In this document: positions 40,871-51,517 of the stretch, piece after piece
Numbering within the stretch: the first letter of the stretch is position 1
Layout of the letters: every line of letters starts with the position of its first letter
Virus record (IMG/VR): IMGVR_UViG_3300035498_000956
Strand: one strand, 5' to 3'
Source: a virus
Lineage: Duplodnaviria > Caudoviricetes
DNA: 64,000 bases
The notes under the pieces: model-generated
What the model was told of the DNA's origin: nothing
Database searches by the model: none
The model's input: only the letters and a program-made list of their open reading frames with translations
Translations under genes and position numbers: made by a program

Positions 40871-41197
40871 ATGAAAAAGCAATTATATGTTGTGCTTATC
40901 AACGAAGACAACGAGTTCGTTAAGGAATATGGTTTCCTTACTCTAGAAAAAGCTTATTCCTTTATCTATGAAACAATAGGACGCTACATGATAGAACAGC
41001 TACTTGATGACAATCCAATCCAACAAGGTGCGGGCGGAATTGGTAGAATGGCAGAAGGAAAGAATCTTGGAGTTCTAGAAGAGTTCTCCTTTAGAGATTG
41101 GAATTGTACTCATGATACTAATTGTCCTAATGAGGAATGGAATTTTGACGACAATGCCCTTTATATTAGGATTAAGACAATTGAATTAAAAGATTAG
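40871..41197 (+). CDS. Hypothetical protein
   Basis: RBS GGAGG. Confidence 0.6.
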   Translation: MKKQLYVVLINEDNEFVKEYGFLTLEKAYSFIYETIGRYMIEQLLDDNPIQQGAGGIGRMAEGKNLGVLEEFSFRDWNCTHDTNCPNEEWNFDDNALYIRIKTIELKD

Positions 41198-41307
41198 CCC
41201 GAGTAACTCAATTGAAAAAACCCACAGTCTATGGTATAATAACTATAGTAAATGAGAAAAGCAAAGTTAAAGAGCCGACTGCTTAAGTGTCGGAGAAAGA
41301 GGCTTAT

Positions 41308-42054
41308 ATGAGTATTTTAATCTTTACTGCTGATGGTACTGAATTTATCGAATCTTGCATCAACTACGCTCAAGTAGGTACAGTGCTTGATTTCCATCCA
41401 AGACTAACAGAGACTTTACCTTATCTTTGTGCGGGCAAAGCAACACAAATAGGTAACTACCTATTGATTAAAGACATATGTGAGGGGGAATATGAGGATG
41501 ATGACGATTGTTGTATTGATAGCGACCTTGATAGAATCTTATCAGAGGGTGTGGTAGACGAGCCAGTCTTCTCCCAAAGAGAGATGGACATTCTTACAGA
41601 GGAAGACATAGAGGAGCTAGAGAGTGAAAGCGAGAGAGAAAACGACTTAGAGAAAATTGCTTTAAAAGCCAAATATCTTAATTCAAAAAGAGACCTCCCA
41701 GACTATGCAGTAGAGCAAATACTAGACAAGTGGAATGATACTGGAAAGATTCAATTCTCAACCTACCATCTTACAAATGACGACTTACTAGCTTTTGATA
41801 AGCAATATTCCTCTATTGATGAATACGTTAATGACTATATCAACACTACATACCCAACAGAGGACGACCTAATCGAAGCTTTCGAATCATATTATGACGG
41901 CGATGAACCAAGTGAAGGAGACCTAGAAGGCTTTACTAGAGAATTAGTAAGTGATACAAACGAATACATTAGCTATAGATTCCACGAAGCTTTAAGTTCA
42001 AATCTCAAATACGTTCAAGTATTCGACCAAATAGTTTGTTTCTATATGAGGTAA
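41308..42054 (+). CDS. Very acidic hypothetical protein
   Basis: D/E-rich; own promoter and leader hairpin. Confidence 0.7.
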   Translation: MSILIFTADGTEFIESCINYAQVGTVLDFHPRLTETLPYLCAGKATQIGNYLLIKDICEGEYEDDDDCCIDSDLDRILSEGVVDEPVFSQREMDILTEEDIEELESESERENDLEKIALKAKYLNSKRDLPDYAVEQILDKWNDTGKIQFSTYHLTNDDLLAFDKQYSSIDEYVNDYINTTYPTEDDLIEAFESYYDGDEPSEGDLEGFTRELVSDTNEYISYRFHEALSSNLKYVQVFDQIVCFYMR

Positions 42055-42096
42055 TTTCGCCCGCAAATCAAGTAAGTAAAAACCACGTTAAGTAGA

Positions 42097-42180
42097 CGAC
42101 ACTTGGAGCTACGCTCCAAGATGTCGCCGTGTCTGGTAATTGTAAATACTCCGAGCTACGCTCTCCGTATTTACAATTAC
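42097..42180. repeat. Two hairpins with a GAGC-TAC-GCTC apex (REP-like)
   Basis: cgacacttgg/ccaagatgtcg and gtaattgtaaatac/gtatttacaattac stems. Confidence 0.6.
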
Positions 42181-42208
42181 CATCCATATCTTAAAGGAGG
42201 AAAAGCAT

Positions 42209-42874
42209 ATGAACGAATCAAACCTATTCTTAAATAAACTATGTCAAAAGGAAAACATAAATCAAATCTGTTCCAACTACATCTATCGAGTAAACGGAAA
42301 TGATTTTGAGACGGCGGACGAAATAATTGAGAAGTCAAACTACTACGAAACAATCGATACTCGTCTAGTCTATGCCCATGAATCAATAGTGCTTCCAACT
42401 GGAGTAGCTTACGAGTATGACGAAGTATTTAAAACCCTTGACCCTGAGGGTTATGACGCTTTTATTGACCGCCAAATATCAATAGCAATTAACGATTTAA
42501 AAGAAATGATTGCAGACGCAGTTAATAGCGGGCAAACCTATTGTGAGTATGAGGATGTAACGGTTGAAATAATTCCTAAAGAAAGCCGTTTCCCTTATTC
42601 CGTAAAAGGCTACTATAGTGATGGAACGTGCTTTATGACGGCTGGGGCAGAAACACTACTAGATGCTGTAACAATTTTCTTTAGTGAGCCTGAGGTTGAA
42701 ACCTACATTAAAGAGCAAATCCAATCTGACCACCCCTACTATCGAGATAACAAAGTTAATCAAATCTATACTAAAAGAATCCTTGAATCCTATCAACAAA
42801 TAATAGAGTCAAAAACCACAGGACTACTTATAACAACAGACAAAGGCAATCGATTCATAATAGAGAGGAAATAA
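42209..42874 (+). CDS. Hypothetical protein
   Basis: RBS AAGGAGG; FKTLDPEGY motif. Confidence 0.7.
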   Translation: MNESNLFLNKLCQKENINQICSNYIYRVNGNDFETADEIIEKSNYYETIDTRLVYAHESIVLPTGVAYEYDEVFKTLDPEGYDAFIDRQISIAINDLKEMIADAVNSGQTYCEYEDVTVEIIPKESRFPYSVKGYYSDGTCFMTAGAETLLDAVTIFFSEPEVETYIKEQIQSDHPYYRDNKVNQIYTKRILESYQQIIESKTTGLLITTDKGNRFIIERK

Positions 42875-42875
42875 A

Positions 42876-43196
42876 ATGGGACTAACAGACGATATTAAAA
42901 TGGACGCAGAGTTTGGACTAAGCGTTGAAGAAATAGCGAGATTAAGGGGAGTTCCAGTGGAGCTTCCCCAATTAATTTTAAAGGGCAAGGCAAGTGATAC
43001 TCCAGTACTGATTTCCCCTAGTGGAATCGACTACTCATATTGCCCCGAAAACCTACTCAATGACTATAGCGTGAGGGAGTTGATTAGTATTGGTAAGGAT
43101 TTTAACGGCGGGCGTAGTAGTTGGAGATTTAATTCTAAAGGACTAGAGGTCTTTAATAGGTTTTTAAATTCCTATTTGGGGTGGACGAAAAATTAA
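42876..43196 (+). CDS. Hypothetical protein with an N-terminal HTH-like segment
   Basis: GLSVEEIARLRGVP. Confidence 0.55.
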   Translation: MGLTDDIKMDAEFGLSVEEIARLRGVPVELPQLILKGKASDTPVLISPSGIDYSYCPENLLNDYSVRELISIGKDFNGGRSSWRFNSKGLEVFNRFLNSYLGWTKN

Positions 43197-43687
43197 AGAG
43201 AAAATTTTGTTTGTTGTTACTTAGGTTTTGTTAGTCGTATTACTATTACTTCCTTCTTTTTTCTTTTCCTCTTGATTTAAATTTAAAAAAAAAGAAAGAA
43301 CGGAAATTTTTTGCTACAAACGAACAGCGGAGCGGAGCGTAGCTGTGAGGCTTGTTGCAAAACAATTTCCGAAGAGGAAAAATTTTTTGCAATAAACGAA
43401 CAGCGGAGCTGTGAGGCTTATTGCAAAACAATTTTTCCCAGTAGTCCTTTAACGTTTAACGTTAACGTAAATTTTGACGGCAATAAGAGGGAGGAAAAGA
43501 TTTGAGAAAATTGTGTTTGTTATTACTTAAGAGGTGTTAAAGGAGAGTTGGTTCTTTTTCTTTTGATTAATTAAAGAGGAGGGTTACTGGTTTGAGGTTA
43601 TGGGTTGAGGTTAATCGGCATAGTAAGGGAGTAAGGTTATGGGTTGATTTCCTTTTGATTTAAAGAGCAATCAAAAAAGAAAAAAAT

Positions 43688-44050
43688 TGATAGACCTACA
43701 TAAAATTTTGATAAGACCTACCTAAAAAATTGACAGGAAAATTGATAGGGATTGACAGAACTTTTTGTGATTTTCGGTAGAACTTTTTGTGAAGTTTGGT
43801 AGAACTTTTTGTGATTTTTCCTTTTGGTTAACTATTGAAAAAAATTTTTGTGAGAATTTTCCATATCGTTATCCGAACTAAAATTCCAATAAAGAGTTCG
43901 TTATTTTCTACGTTATCTTTCTACCTTGTCCCATATCATACTATATGATAGAAAAATTTCCGAAGAACGGTAGAAAAAAATCCGAGGAACGGTAGAAAAA
44001 TTTTCTAAGAACGGTAGAAAAATTTTCGAGAACGGTAGAAAAAAATCCGA
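43688..44050. repeat. 22-bp-period iteron-like arrays (putative replication origin)
   Basis: agaactttttgtga at 43757/43779/43801; tagaaaaa..gaacgg at 43949/43971/43993/44015/44036. Confidence 0.7.
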
Positions 44051-44139
44051 TTCCGACTTTTCTATAATTCCTAACTGGGAATTATACATAAATTATAGGT
44101 AAGCAATTACCAGAAAATAAAAACAGGAGGAATGTAATA

Positions 44140-44967
44140 ATGCATAAGCAACAACCAGAAAATTCTGCATCAATGCCAGTAAAGGAGGAGAAGATTGTGG
44201 ATAATCCAATGAAACTATATACGTATTTAAATTGTATTTCAGGTTTAGCTTCATACCCTGAGAACACTAGAATGTTCAGACAAAAAGATTTAATGCTAAC
44301 TAAAATAAAAGAAGCAATTGGTATTACTGACAAGACAGTTAAAAGATATATGTATCAATTAGAACAATCACAATTAGTCTCTTATAATGGAGAATATCAA
44401 TTTACATATATTAATGAGGGGGATTATGAAGACCGTAAAGAATATCTAAAAGCAGTTGATAAAGAATGTTTTAGCGTTTGGACATCCAGATATAGATATG
44501 AAAAGAATGGAGTGTACTATATACCATGTCCAAAACCTTTTACTCCAGTGCCAGAGACTACACTAGAAACGTTAAACAAGACATTTAAGGTATCAGAATT
44601 AGAATTAAAACTATATTTATTATGTTGTGCCTATAGAGATACTTGTGTATTCCAGCATAGACAATTTAAAGTGTTAACCTTTGAACAAATTAGAGATACA
44701 CTAGGTTATACTATCAGTGCCCATACAGATGCAGAGATAAGAAAAGCTTTAATATTTCTTAGAGGGGTAGGTCTAATTGAATACAGGGAGGGTATTATTC
44801 CTAATCGAAAAGGCGGGGCTATCCCATCATTTAAGATTAGTGAAGTTTATTACTATATCAGCTATAAGATTGATGATTTTAGTCTAGAGGAGTTAGAAAC
44901 TAATAATGAAGCAAAAGAGATGTATGACAGAATAAAGGGACAGTATAATATTCAAGAAGAAACCTAG
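44140..44967 (+). CDS. Putative replication initiator (two winged-helix domains)
   Basis: IKEAIGITDKTVKRYMYQLEQSQLV and EQIRDTLGY...IRKALIFLRGVGLIEY; directly downstream of the iteron-like arrays. Confidence 0.55.
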   Translation: MHKQQPENSASMPVKEEKIVDNPMKLYTYLNCISGLASYPENTRMFRQKDLMLTKIKEAIGITDKTVKRYMYQLEQSQLVSYNGEYQFTYINEGDYEDRKEYLKAVDKECFSVWTSRYRYEKNGVYYIPCPKPFTPVPETTLETLNKTFKVSELELKLYLLCCAYRDTCVFQHRQFKVLTFEQIRDTLGYTISAHTDAEIRKALIFLRGVGLIEYREGIIPNRKGGAIPSFKISEVYYYISYKIDDFSLEELETNNEAKEMYDRIKGQYNIQEET

Positions 44968-45465
44968 AGGCGTTCCAGCTCATAGCTTTTTACAGCTCGC
45001 GGGCACAATTATATTGACAAAACTCCTCTAGAAAACATCAAATACATTCAATTTTATACATAAAAAGGGGCGTATTCTACACAAAATCAAACAGAATCGT
45101 CCTTTATTCTATCAAAACCAATACATTTTTCGCCGCGAAACCACATAAAATCGTCCACACTATACAATTTCTAATATACTTTTTAACTGTTTTATGGCGG
45201 GCTTTGTTCTTTTCCTATTGATTTAGTTGAAAAATTTCACAAACTATGCTATAATTATAATAGAAAATGAGGGGAGGGATACCCCAGACCTATTCCTATT
45301 GATTAAAGGGGGGACTACCCTAGAGGAGCTTTTGGTCATATAAACTAGAGGGGCTATCCTCTAGAGGCTCACAAAATAGGCGGGGTCACCCAGTTGAAAA
45401 AACCTCCACTCTATGATATAATATCTATAGTAAATGAGAGAGAGAAACCGAAAGGAGAAAAGCTT

Positions 45466-45678
45466 ATGTATACAGTTTATGATAAGGAAACCAACAGATA
45501 CCATGAGTGCTTTGATGGAGTAGAGCTAAAACTATTCCTTGACGAATACATCCCATCAAAGACCTCAGCCTTTAGACTTTGGCTCGACAACCTAGACTCA
45601 CGTATCAGAGAGGGTCAATCTCCATCAGCACACTTCACCGAGAGATTCTACATCACCTACTCTAGCAAGAGCAACTAA
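45466..45678 (+). CDS. Small hypothetical protein
   Basis: Own promoter and RBS. Confidence 0.6.
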   Translation: MYTVYDKETNRYHECFDGVELKLFLDEYIPSKTSAFRLWLDNLDSRIREGQSPSAHFTERFYITYSSKSN

Positions 45679-45776
45679 GTTGAAAAAGTCCACAGCCTGT
45701 GGTATAATAATTATAGTAAATGAGAGAAACGAATAGTGAGGTCGCCAACTACCTAGTGTTGGAGAAAGAGGTCGTT

Positions 45777-46334
45777 ATGACAAATACTACTGCTAATACT
45801 AATGTTAATGAAGTTGTAAACCAAGAGAACCTAGAGGTAAAGGAGAGTACTATGAGAGTTGATTTTAGCGATTTAACTACAAAGCAATCCACAACCGTTA
45901 AGAATAGAGCAAAGGAAGCTTTAGACAAACTAATAATGAAAAAACTCCTAGAGGTCTTCGGAGAAGAGAATGTGAGTGAGGTCTTTAAGGATGCTAATGG
46001 TAAGGGCAGAGCAATCAGTGTGGCAGTTGGAACTGTTGAAGATGAGGGCGGTTTCCCAATCGAGGTTTGTGTCAACGTTGAGCTTACTGCAAAGGCAATC
46101 ACAGCTACCTCTAGGAAGACAGCATCTGGCACATCCTACACCGACATCTACGACAGACTAACAGAGGCAGAAATCTATAAGAACGCCCTAGAGGAAAAGG
46201 CACAGACCAAGGCGAATAAGGAAAAGGAAAAGGAAGCCAAGAAGCAAAAGGACAAGGAGAGAAGAGAAGCTATCAAGGCTCAAAAGGAATCCAAGAGCGA
46301 CACAGCTCAAGAGGAAACTAAGGAGGGGGAATAA
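45777..46334 (+). CDS. Four-copy family protein (copy 1)
   Basis: STTVKN.AKE...AISVAVGTV.DEGGFPIEVCVNVE; Lys/Glu-rich tail. Confidence 0.8.
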   Translation: MTNTTANTNVNEVVNQENLEVKESTMRVDFSDLTTKQSTTVKNRAKEALDKLIMKKLLEVFGEENVSEVFKDANGKGRAISVAVGTVEDEGGFPIEVCVNVELTAKAITATSRKTASGTSYTDIYDRLTEAEIYKNALEEKAQTKANKEKEKEAKKQKDKERREAIKAQKESKSDTAQEETKEGE

Positions 46335-46419
46335 CCCCTCCTCTTTTTTATATCCCTAGAGGTACTCCTCTAGGGTTTTTTTCTTATAGTGGTAACAAAC
46401 ACCAACTCCTCTAGGGTTT

Positions 46420-46860
46420 CCAGCCCACACAGCTCCTAGAGGTTGACAATTTGTAATTTCGCGGCGAAACCATTAAACGTTTTTCCAGCTCATCAGCCTT
46501 TATCTAGTTGACAATTCGCCCGCGTCCAGCTAACCTAGAGATTTCACAGCTCACACAGCTCACTGGAGTTGACGCGGCGGCGAAAATATGGGAGGGTCTC
46601 AATTCTTTTCCTATTGATTTTCCAGCTCCTAGAGGTCTCCAGCTCCTAGAGGTCTCCAGCTCCCCAGCTCACTTCCTATTGACCCAGCTCACAGCTCCTT
46701 CCAGCTCACAGCTCCTTCCAGCTCCTATTGACACGCAGCTCCTTCCAGCTTTTTCCAGCTCATCCACAGCTCCTAGAGGCCTCCAGCTCCTCTAGGTCTC
46801 CAGCTCATAGACCCTCCAGCTCACAGCTCACACAGCTCCTTCCAGCTTTTTCCAGCTCAT
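46420..46860 (+). repeat. CCAGCT(C) array 1
   Basis: Dense ttccagctc / cacagctc units. Confidence 0.85.
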
Positions 46861-47592
46861 TGAAACCTCGTACCTATTGAGGGGCGATACCTACGCATCT
46901 ACAATCCACCCCAGAATTTTCCAAGGGGTCAGTATGCGAATGGGTGCGGAGAACTGCATAGGTGTGTTGTTTGGAGGGGTTCAACTTTTTAACCCCATCT
47001 ATTGGTTAATAGGGTCGAAAGCGGTAGACTGCGTGAAAATTGGGAGGGGTTGGTAATTCGCACTGGTGGAGATTGGAAAAATAGAGGGCGTACCTACGTT
47101 GTTACCAGAGTTTAACAGGGGCGTATCTACGTGGTTTGGCAAAAAATGGAAGGCGGGCTTATGGGCGGCTCCCAATTCTTACCATTCCTCCTGATTTTTT
47201 GGCAGTAATTGTATTTACAAACTGTTCATAATTTATTTACAGAATGTTAACACATCCGCCCGTAGAATGTGCTATAATATAGGTACAGTAAAGATAAGGA
47301 ACGCCCTAGAGGGGCAGAAAGGCAGGGGATGGAAATGTAGATACCAAGAAATGTATTAATAAAATGTTTACAATTAAGGGGTTGACTTTCTGCTCTAGAT
47401 GTGCTATAATAGAAGTACAGTAAAGGGAAAGACACCAGCGGACAGAGAGCCGACTACCAAGAAAAACCTTAATAAAATGTTTACAATTAAGGGGTTGACA
47501 AATCGGCTAGAATATGATATAATAGTATCATAGAAAAGAGATAAAAACTTGATTAAACCGCCTACTGGTTAGTGTAGGAGAAAGAGGTCTAT

Positions 47593-48132
47593 ATGGCTAA
47601 CTATGTTAATTTCACTGAAGAGATGGGTCTAACTACCAAGAACAGCACTACTGTTAAAAATAAGGCAAAGGAAATCCTTAACAAATTCATACTAGAGAAA
47701 CTAGTGGAAGAGTTTGGTATGGAAAATGTTTCTGAAGTCTTTAAGGATACAAATGGTAAAGGCTATGCAATCAGCGTAGCGGTAGGAACTGTTAATGACG
47801 AGGGCGGATTCCCTATAGAGGTATGCGTTAACGTGGAAATGACTGCCAAAGCAATAACTACCACCTCTAGGAAAACCTCTAGTGGAGTGTCAGTTACTGA
47901 CATCTACGACAGATTAACAGAAGCTGAGATATACCAAAATGAGATGGAAAAGAAAGCCAAAGAGAAAGCTGAAAAGGAAAAGGTAAAGAATGACAAAAAG
48001 GAAAAGGATGCCAAGAGAAGAGAAGAGCTAAGAATTGCCAAGGAGCAAGCCAAGGCAGAAACTGACAGAAAGCAAAAGGAACTAGAGGAAAAGGCTACCA
48101 AGGCAGAGGTTGCCAATGAGGAAGAGGAATAG
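47593..48132 (+). CDS. Four-copy family protein (copy 2)
   Basis: Near-identical core to the other copies. Confidence 0.85.
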   Translation: MANYVNFTEEMGLTTKNSTTVKNKAKEILNKFILEKLVEEFGMENVSEVFKDTNGKGYAISVAVGTVNDEGGFPIEVCVNVEMTAKAITTTSRKTSSGVSVTDIYDRLTEAEIYQNEMEKKAKEKAEKEKVKNDKKEKDAKRREELRIAKEQAKAETDRKQKELEEKATKAEVANEEEE

Positions 48133-48198
48133 ATTACCAAGGAAATAAACTGGAAAATGGAGTGGCAAGGATTACCTTGTCACTCTTTTCCATTTTCA

Positions 48199-48382
48199 TG
48201 TAATCGTTTACATGGCAAAAATTTCCTCCTAGAGGAACACTGGCAACCTCTGGAAATGTAATCGTTTACATGGTAAAAATTTCCAGGCGGCTCCACATCT
48301 TTTTTCTTTTTTCTATTGGTAAAAATTTCCTAGAGGTCCACCAGAATCTGGGAACGTAGTTATGCGGTTGTAATCGATTACA
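48199..48382. promoter_or_regulatory. Three cre/LacI-like palindromes
   Basis: TGTAATCG(T/A)TTACA at 48199, 48257 and 48369. Confidence 0.55.
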
Positions 48383-48420
48383 TGGTAAAAATTGGAAGCA
48401 ACGGGCGATACAGGTCGAGG

Positions 48421-48668
48421 TTCCAGCTCCTTCCATGGTAATGAGCTTCCAGCTCATTCAGCTCCCAGCTCCTTCCAGCTCACAGGGATGGCAACCTCTT
48501 CCAGCTCATTTGGTAATGGCAACCTTTTCCAGCTCCTAGAGGTGGTAACCTTTTCCAGCTCATTTGACTTCCAGCTCCTTCCAGCTCATTTGACTTCCAG
48601 CTCCTTCCAGCTCACAGAGCTGGCAGCTTTTTCCAGCTCATACGGTTTCCAGCTCCTTCCAGCTCATA
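48421..48668 (+). repeat. CCAGCT(C) array 2
   Basis: Dense ttccagctc units. Confidence 0.85.
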
Positions 48669-49151
48669 CGTATGGTAGAAATTTCCATGGAAATTTCCAT
48701 GGTAAACTTTTCCAATTCCTAGAGGAATTGGTAAAAATTGGAAAAGCGCGACCTGCTCTGGAAATTTTTGGTAAACCACATACCTATGTGGATTGCGACC
48801 TATTGGTAAAGATTGGTAAACCACGTACCTGTGTGTATTGGCAGAAACTGGAAACGGGCCTGATCGGCGCGGCTGGAATTTTTTGGTAAACCACATACCT
48901 GTGTGGTTTCCGACTCCCAGATTTTACCATCTGGTCGGCAATGCCTGCACCAGTGCGGTTTGGCAGAAACTGGAAGCCTGGACCCCTCTAGAGGAATACC
49001 TTATTACATAAGGTATTAATGTAGTAATGCCTTGCCAGATAAGATAACGAGATGATGTCTTACATGGTAAGACAATAGACAGACCCAATATTTTATATAA
49101 TAAGGTATTGACTATATAAAAGAATAGGGAGGGGATACTATCCCCTCTCGA

Positions 49152-49919
49152 TTACATTCCCAACTCTTGCATTGTCCTATTCAATATTGTATATAGATGA
49201 GTGCCTTTTTCTTCTTTATACCTTTTTTGTTTTTGCCTTAATGCGACTAGTAAGATTTGGTATTCATCCAGTGCATCGTACACACCTATGTGCTTTTCAA
49301 TATAATTGTTATCCCCGAATAGATACCTATATACTACCTCTTCTTTAGTTTGAATATTGCCACAAGGAGTGAGGTAATTATTGACAATGCACCAGTCTAT
49401 GTACTTCTTCTTGTTTAATTTGGTGTGGAAAATCTCCCTTTGAATGTCACACCATTGTATTTTTAATACGTCTTTAAGGTATTTCCAGCAGTCCATATTA
49501 TCCGCCATTAGTCTAAGTGTTGCGTTTTTGTCAAAGATTACGTTATATGCCCATATTTCCCCGATTTGGTATCTATCGATTAAGGCAAACAATAACTTGA
49601 TGTAGTTATCTTTTGACACTCTTTGGAACTCTCCCTTATAGTTGGGATTCTTTTCCATTTCTGATATCTCTACCGCCATTGCGTACGCAGTCATGTTGGT
49701 ACTGGTAAGGTTTTCCTCTAGGAACTCGGGGATGATTAGTGACGTTTTATAGTATATCCTATTTTTGTCACCTATTACGATACCCACGTTATATGGTCGT
49801 TTGTTGCTTGCTCCCTCGTAGTCGATAACCATGTACTTTTTAGTCTTTGGTAACTGGTGGAATGCTCTCCACTCTACGTTTCTAGTCTTTACCTCTTTGA
49901 TTACTTCTTGTACATTCAT
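49152..49919 (-). CDS. DEDDh-type 3'-5' exonuclease-like protein (copy 1)
   Basis: VIDYEG, AYNVIFD, H.GVYDALDE. Confidence 0.75.
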   Translation of the reverse strand: MNVQEVIKEVKTRNVEWRAFHQLPKTKKYMVIDYEGASNKRPYNVGIVIGDKNRIYYKTSLIIPEFLEENLTSTNMTAYAMAVEISEMEKNPNYKGEFQRVSKDNYIKLLFALIDRYQIGEIWAYNVIFDKNATLRLMADNMDCWKYLKDVLKIQWCDIQREIFHTKLNKKKYIDWCIVNNYLTPCGNIQTKEEVVYRYLFGDNNYIEKHIGVYDALDEYQILLVALRQKQKRYKEEKGTHLYTILNRTMQELGM

Positions 49920-50069
49920 TTTTATACATTCCTTTCTATTAGTCCGCCGTGGGTTCTCTCTCCCTCGACTGTACTTATATTATACCACACTACCGCCCCG
50001 ATGTCAAGAAAAAAATTGCACAAATCGAAAAAAATTTTTCGGCTGTTTTTTATGCACATTGCACAAGCG

Positions 50070-50410
50070 GGCAGTACCAGAACTTTCTAGTAATAGTACA
50101 CAAAAGTTTTCAACATTCCAAAGATTTTTTGTGCAAATTGACTACCAGATTTTAGGCGGCGAAATATACAAAGACTTTCAACATTTCCTATTGATTTTTA
50201 TGCAGAATGACTACCAGAATCTGGGTAGCAGATTAAACAAAAGTTTTCAACATTTTTTAAAATTTTTGTACAAATTGACTACCAGAATCTGGGTAGCAGA
50301 ATGTACAAAGACTTTCAACATTTCCTATTGATTTTTATGCAGAATGACTACCAGAATTTTCTAGTCAAACTATACAAAACCTAACTAAAAAGTTTGTGCA
50401 ATTTGCCTAT
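50070..50410. repeat. ~69-bp degenerate tandem repeat between divergent promoters
   Basis: gactaccaga at 50140/50209/50277/50347, each preceded by tttcaacatt. Confidence 0.75.
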
Positions 50411-50499
50411 TGCTTTTTTTGTGGGGGTGTGGTATAATATAAGTACACTAAAGGAAAGAAAGACCGCCCACTGGTACAGTGTGGGAGAAAGAGGTTCTT

Positions 50500-50733
50500 A
50501 TGAAAATCAAAGAGTTATTAACAGTAGTTGGACGTTATACCCTAGTGACTATCACTCAAGAAATAGACTATAAACCAATAGAACTATACAGAGGAGAGTC
50601 CCAGAACGTACCAAAGAGATTCTACGACTTAACAATCAATACAGTATACGCCGAGCAAGACCAATCTATATTAAACGGTTTTGACGCAAAACTGGAAATA
50701 TTAATCAATCAAGAGACACCACTAGAGGACTAA
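50500..50733 (+). CDS. MK(I/L)K-family small protein
   Basis: Cassette promoter and leader; paralog of 62276. Confidence 0.7.
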   Translation: MKIKELLTVVGRYTLVTITQEIDYKPIELYRGESQNVPKRFYDLTINTVYAEQDQSILNGFDAKLEILINQETPLED

Positions 50734-50913
50734 CAGAGATTGGTAAAATCTAGAGGGGCAACCCTCTAGAGACTACCAAAAAATGTTTTCACAAAACTTT
50801 CACAAAAAAGTACTTGACAAACGGCTTTAAAAGTGGTATAATAAATACATAAGGTAAAGGAAATAAACCAACGTAAACCGCCCACTGGTACAGTGTGGGA
50901 GAAAGAGGTCTAT

Positions 50914-51126
50914 ATGAAATTAGCAGATTTAGTTAATGTAGTAAACTATTACGAGTTCTTAAGAATAAGGGTATCCGGTGAGTACAAAAGCCGTTTTATC
51001 GGACAATGTAATGACTTAAGAGAACAAAAGCCCGACTATCTAAAAAAGGAAGTTCTTGCCGTCTTTACGTGCATAGACGAGGACTTCGGCGATGATACGC
51101 CAGTAATGGATATTTACATAGAATAA
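50914..51126 (+). CDS. MK(I/L)K-family small protein
   Basis: Cassette promoter and leader. Confidence 0.7.
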   Translation: MKLADLVNVVNYYEFLRIRVSGEYKSRFIGQCNDLREQKPDYLKKEVLAVFTCIDEDFGDDTPVMDIYIE

Positions 51127-51304
51127 CAGAAACTGGTAAAATCTAGAGGGGCATATCCCTCTAGAGACTACCAAAAAAATCCTTAATAAAATGTTTACAA
51201 TTAAAAGCTTGACTTTTTCCGCTGGATGTGTTATAATAGTATTACAGTAAAGGAAAGAAACCAAGACCACCGCCCACTGGTTAGTGTGGGAGAAAGTAGG
51301 AAAT

Positions 51305-51517
51305 ATGAAAATCAAAGACCTATTCAAGATACTAGAAAGCTACGAAACCATAGAAATTATGCAAGAGGATAATGGTATGCTATGTTGTGGGGATTGTGTT
51401 GACATATGGCACGAACACAAAGAATACCTCGAACTGGAAGTTGACTATATCTGTATTGAAATGAGCGAGGACTACCAAGAAGAACCAATACCTGTACTGG
51501 TAATCGAAGTCAAGTAG
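51305..51517 (+). CDS. MK(I/L)K-family small protein
   Basis: Cassette promoter and leader. Confidence 0.7.
   Translation: MKIKDLFKILESYETIEIMQEDNGMLCCGDCVDIWHEHKEYLELEVDYICIEMSEDYQEEPIPVLVIEVK

Larger units (their letters stand above)
13632..45730 (+). promoter_or_regulatory. Dispersed promoter family A: TTG(A/C)nn-17-TATAAT-aatta(t/c)agtaaatgagaaa
   Basis: More than 20 copies by eye, usually with an extended -10 (TGnTATAAT), each before one or two genes. Confidence 0.8.

Noticed and set aside
49831-50331. 166-aa + strand ORF and overlapping short ORFs
   Set aside because: They overlap the exonuclease start, its promoter and the 69-bp repeat; no RBS
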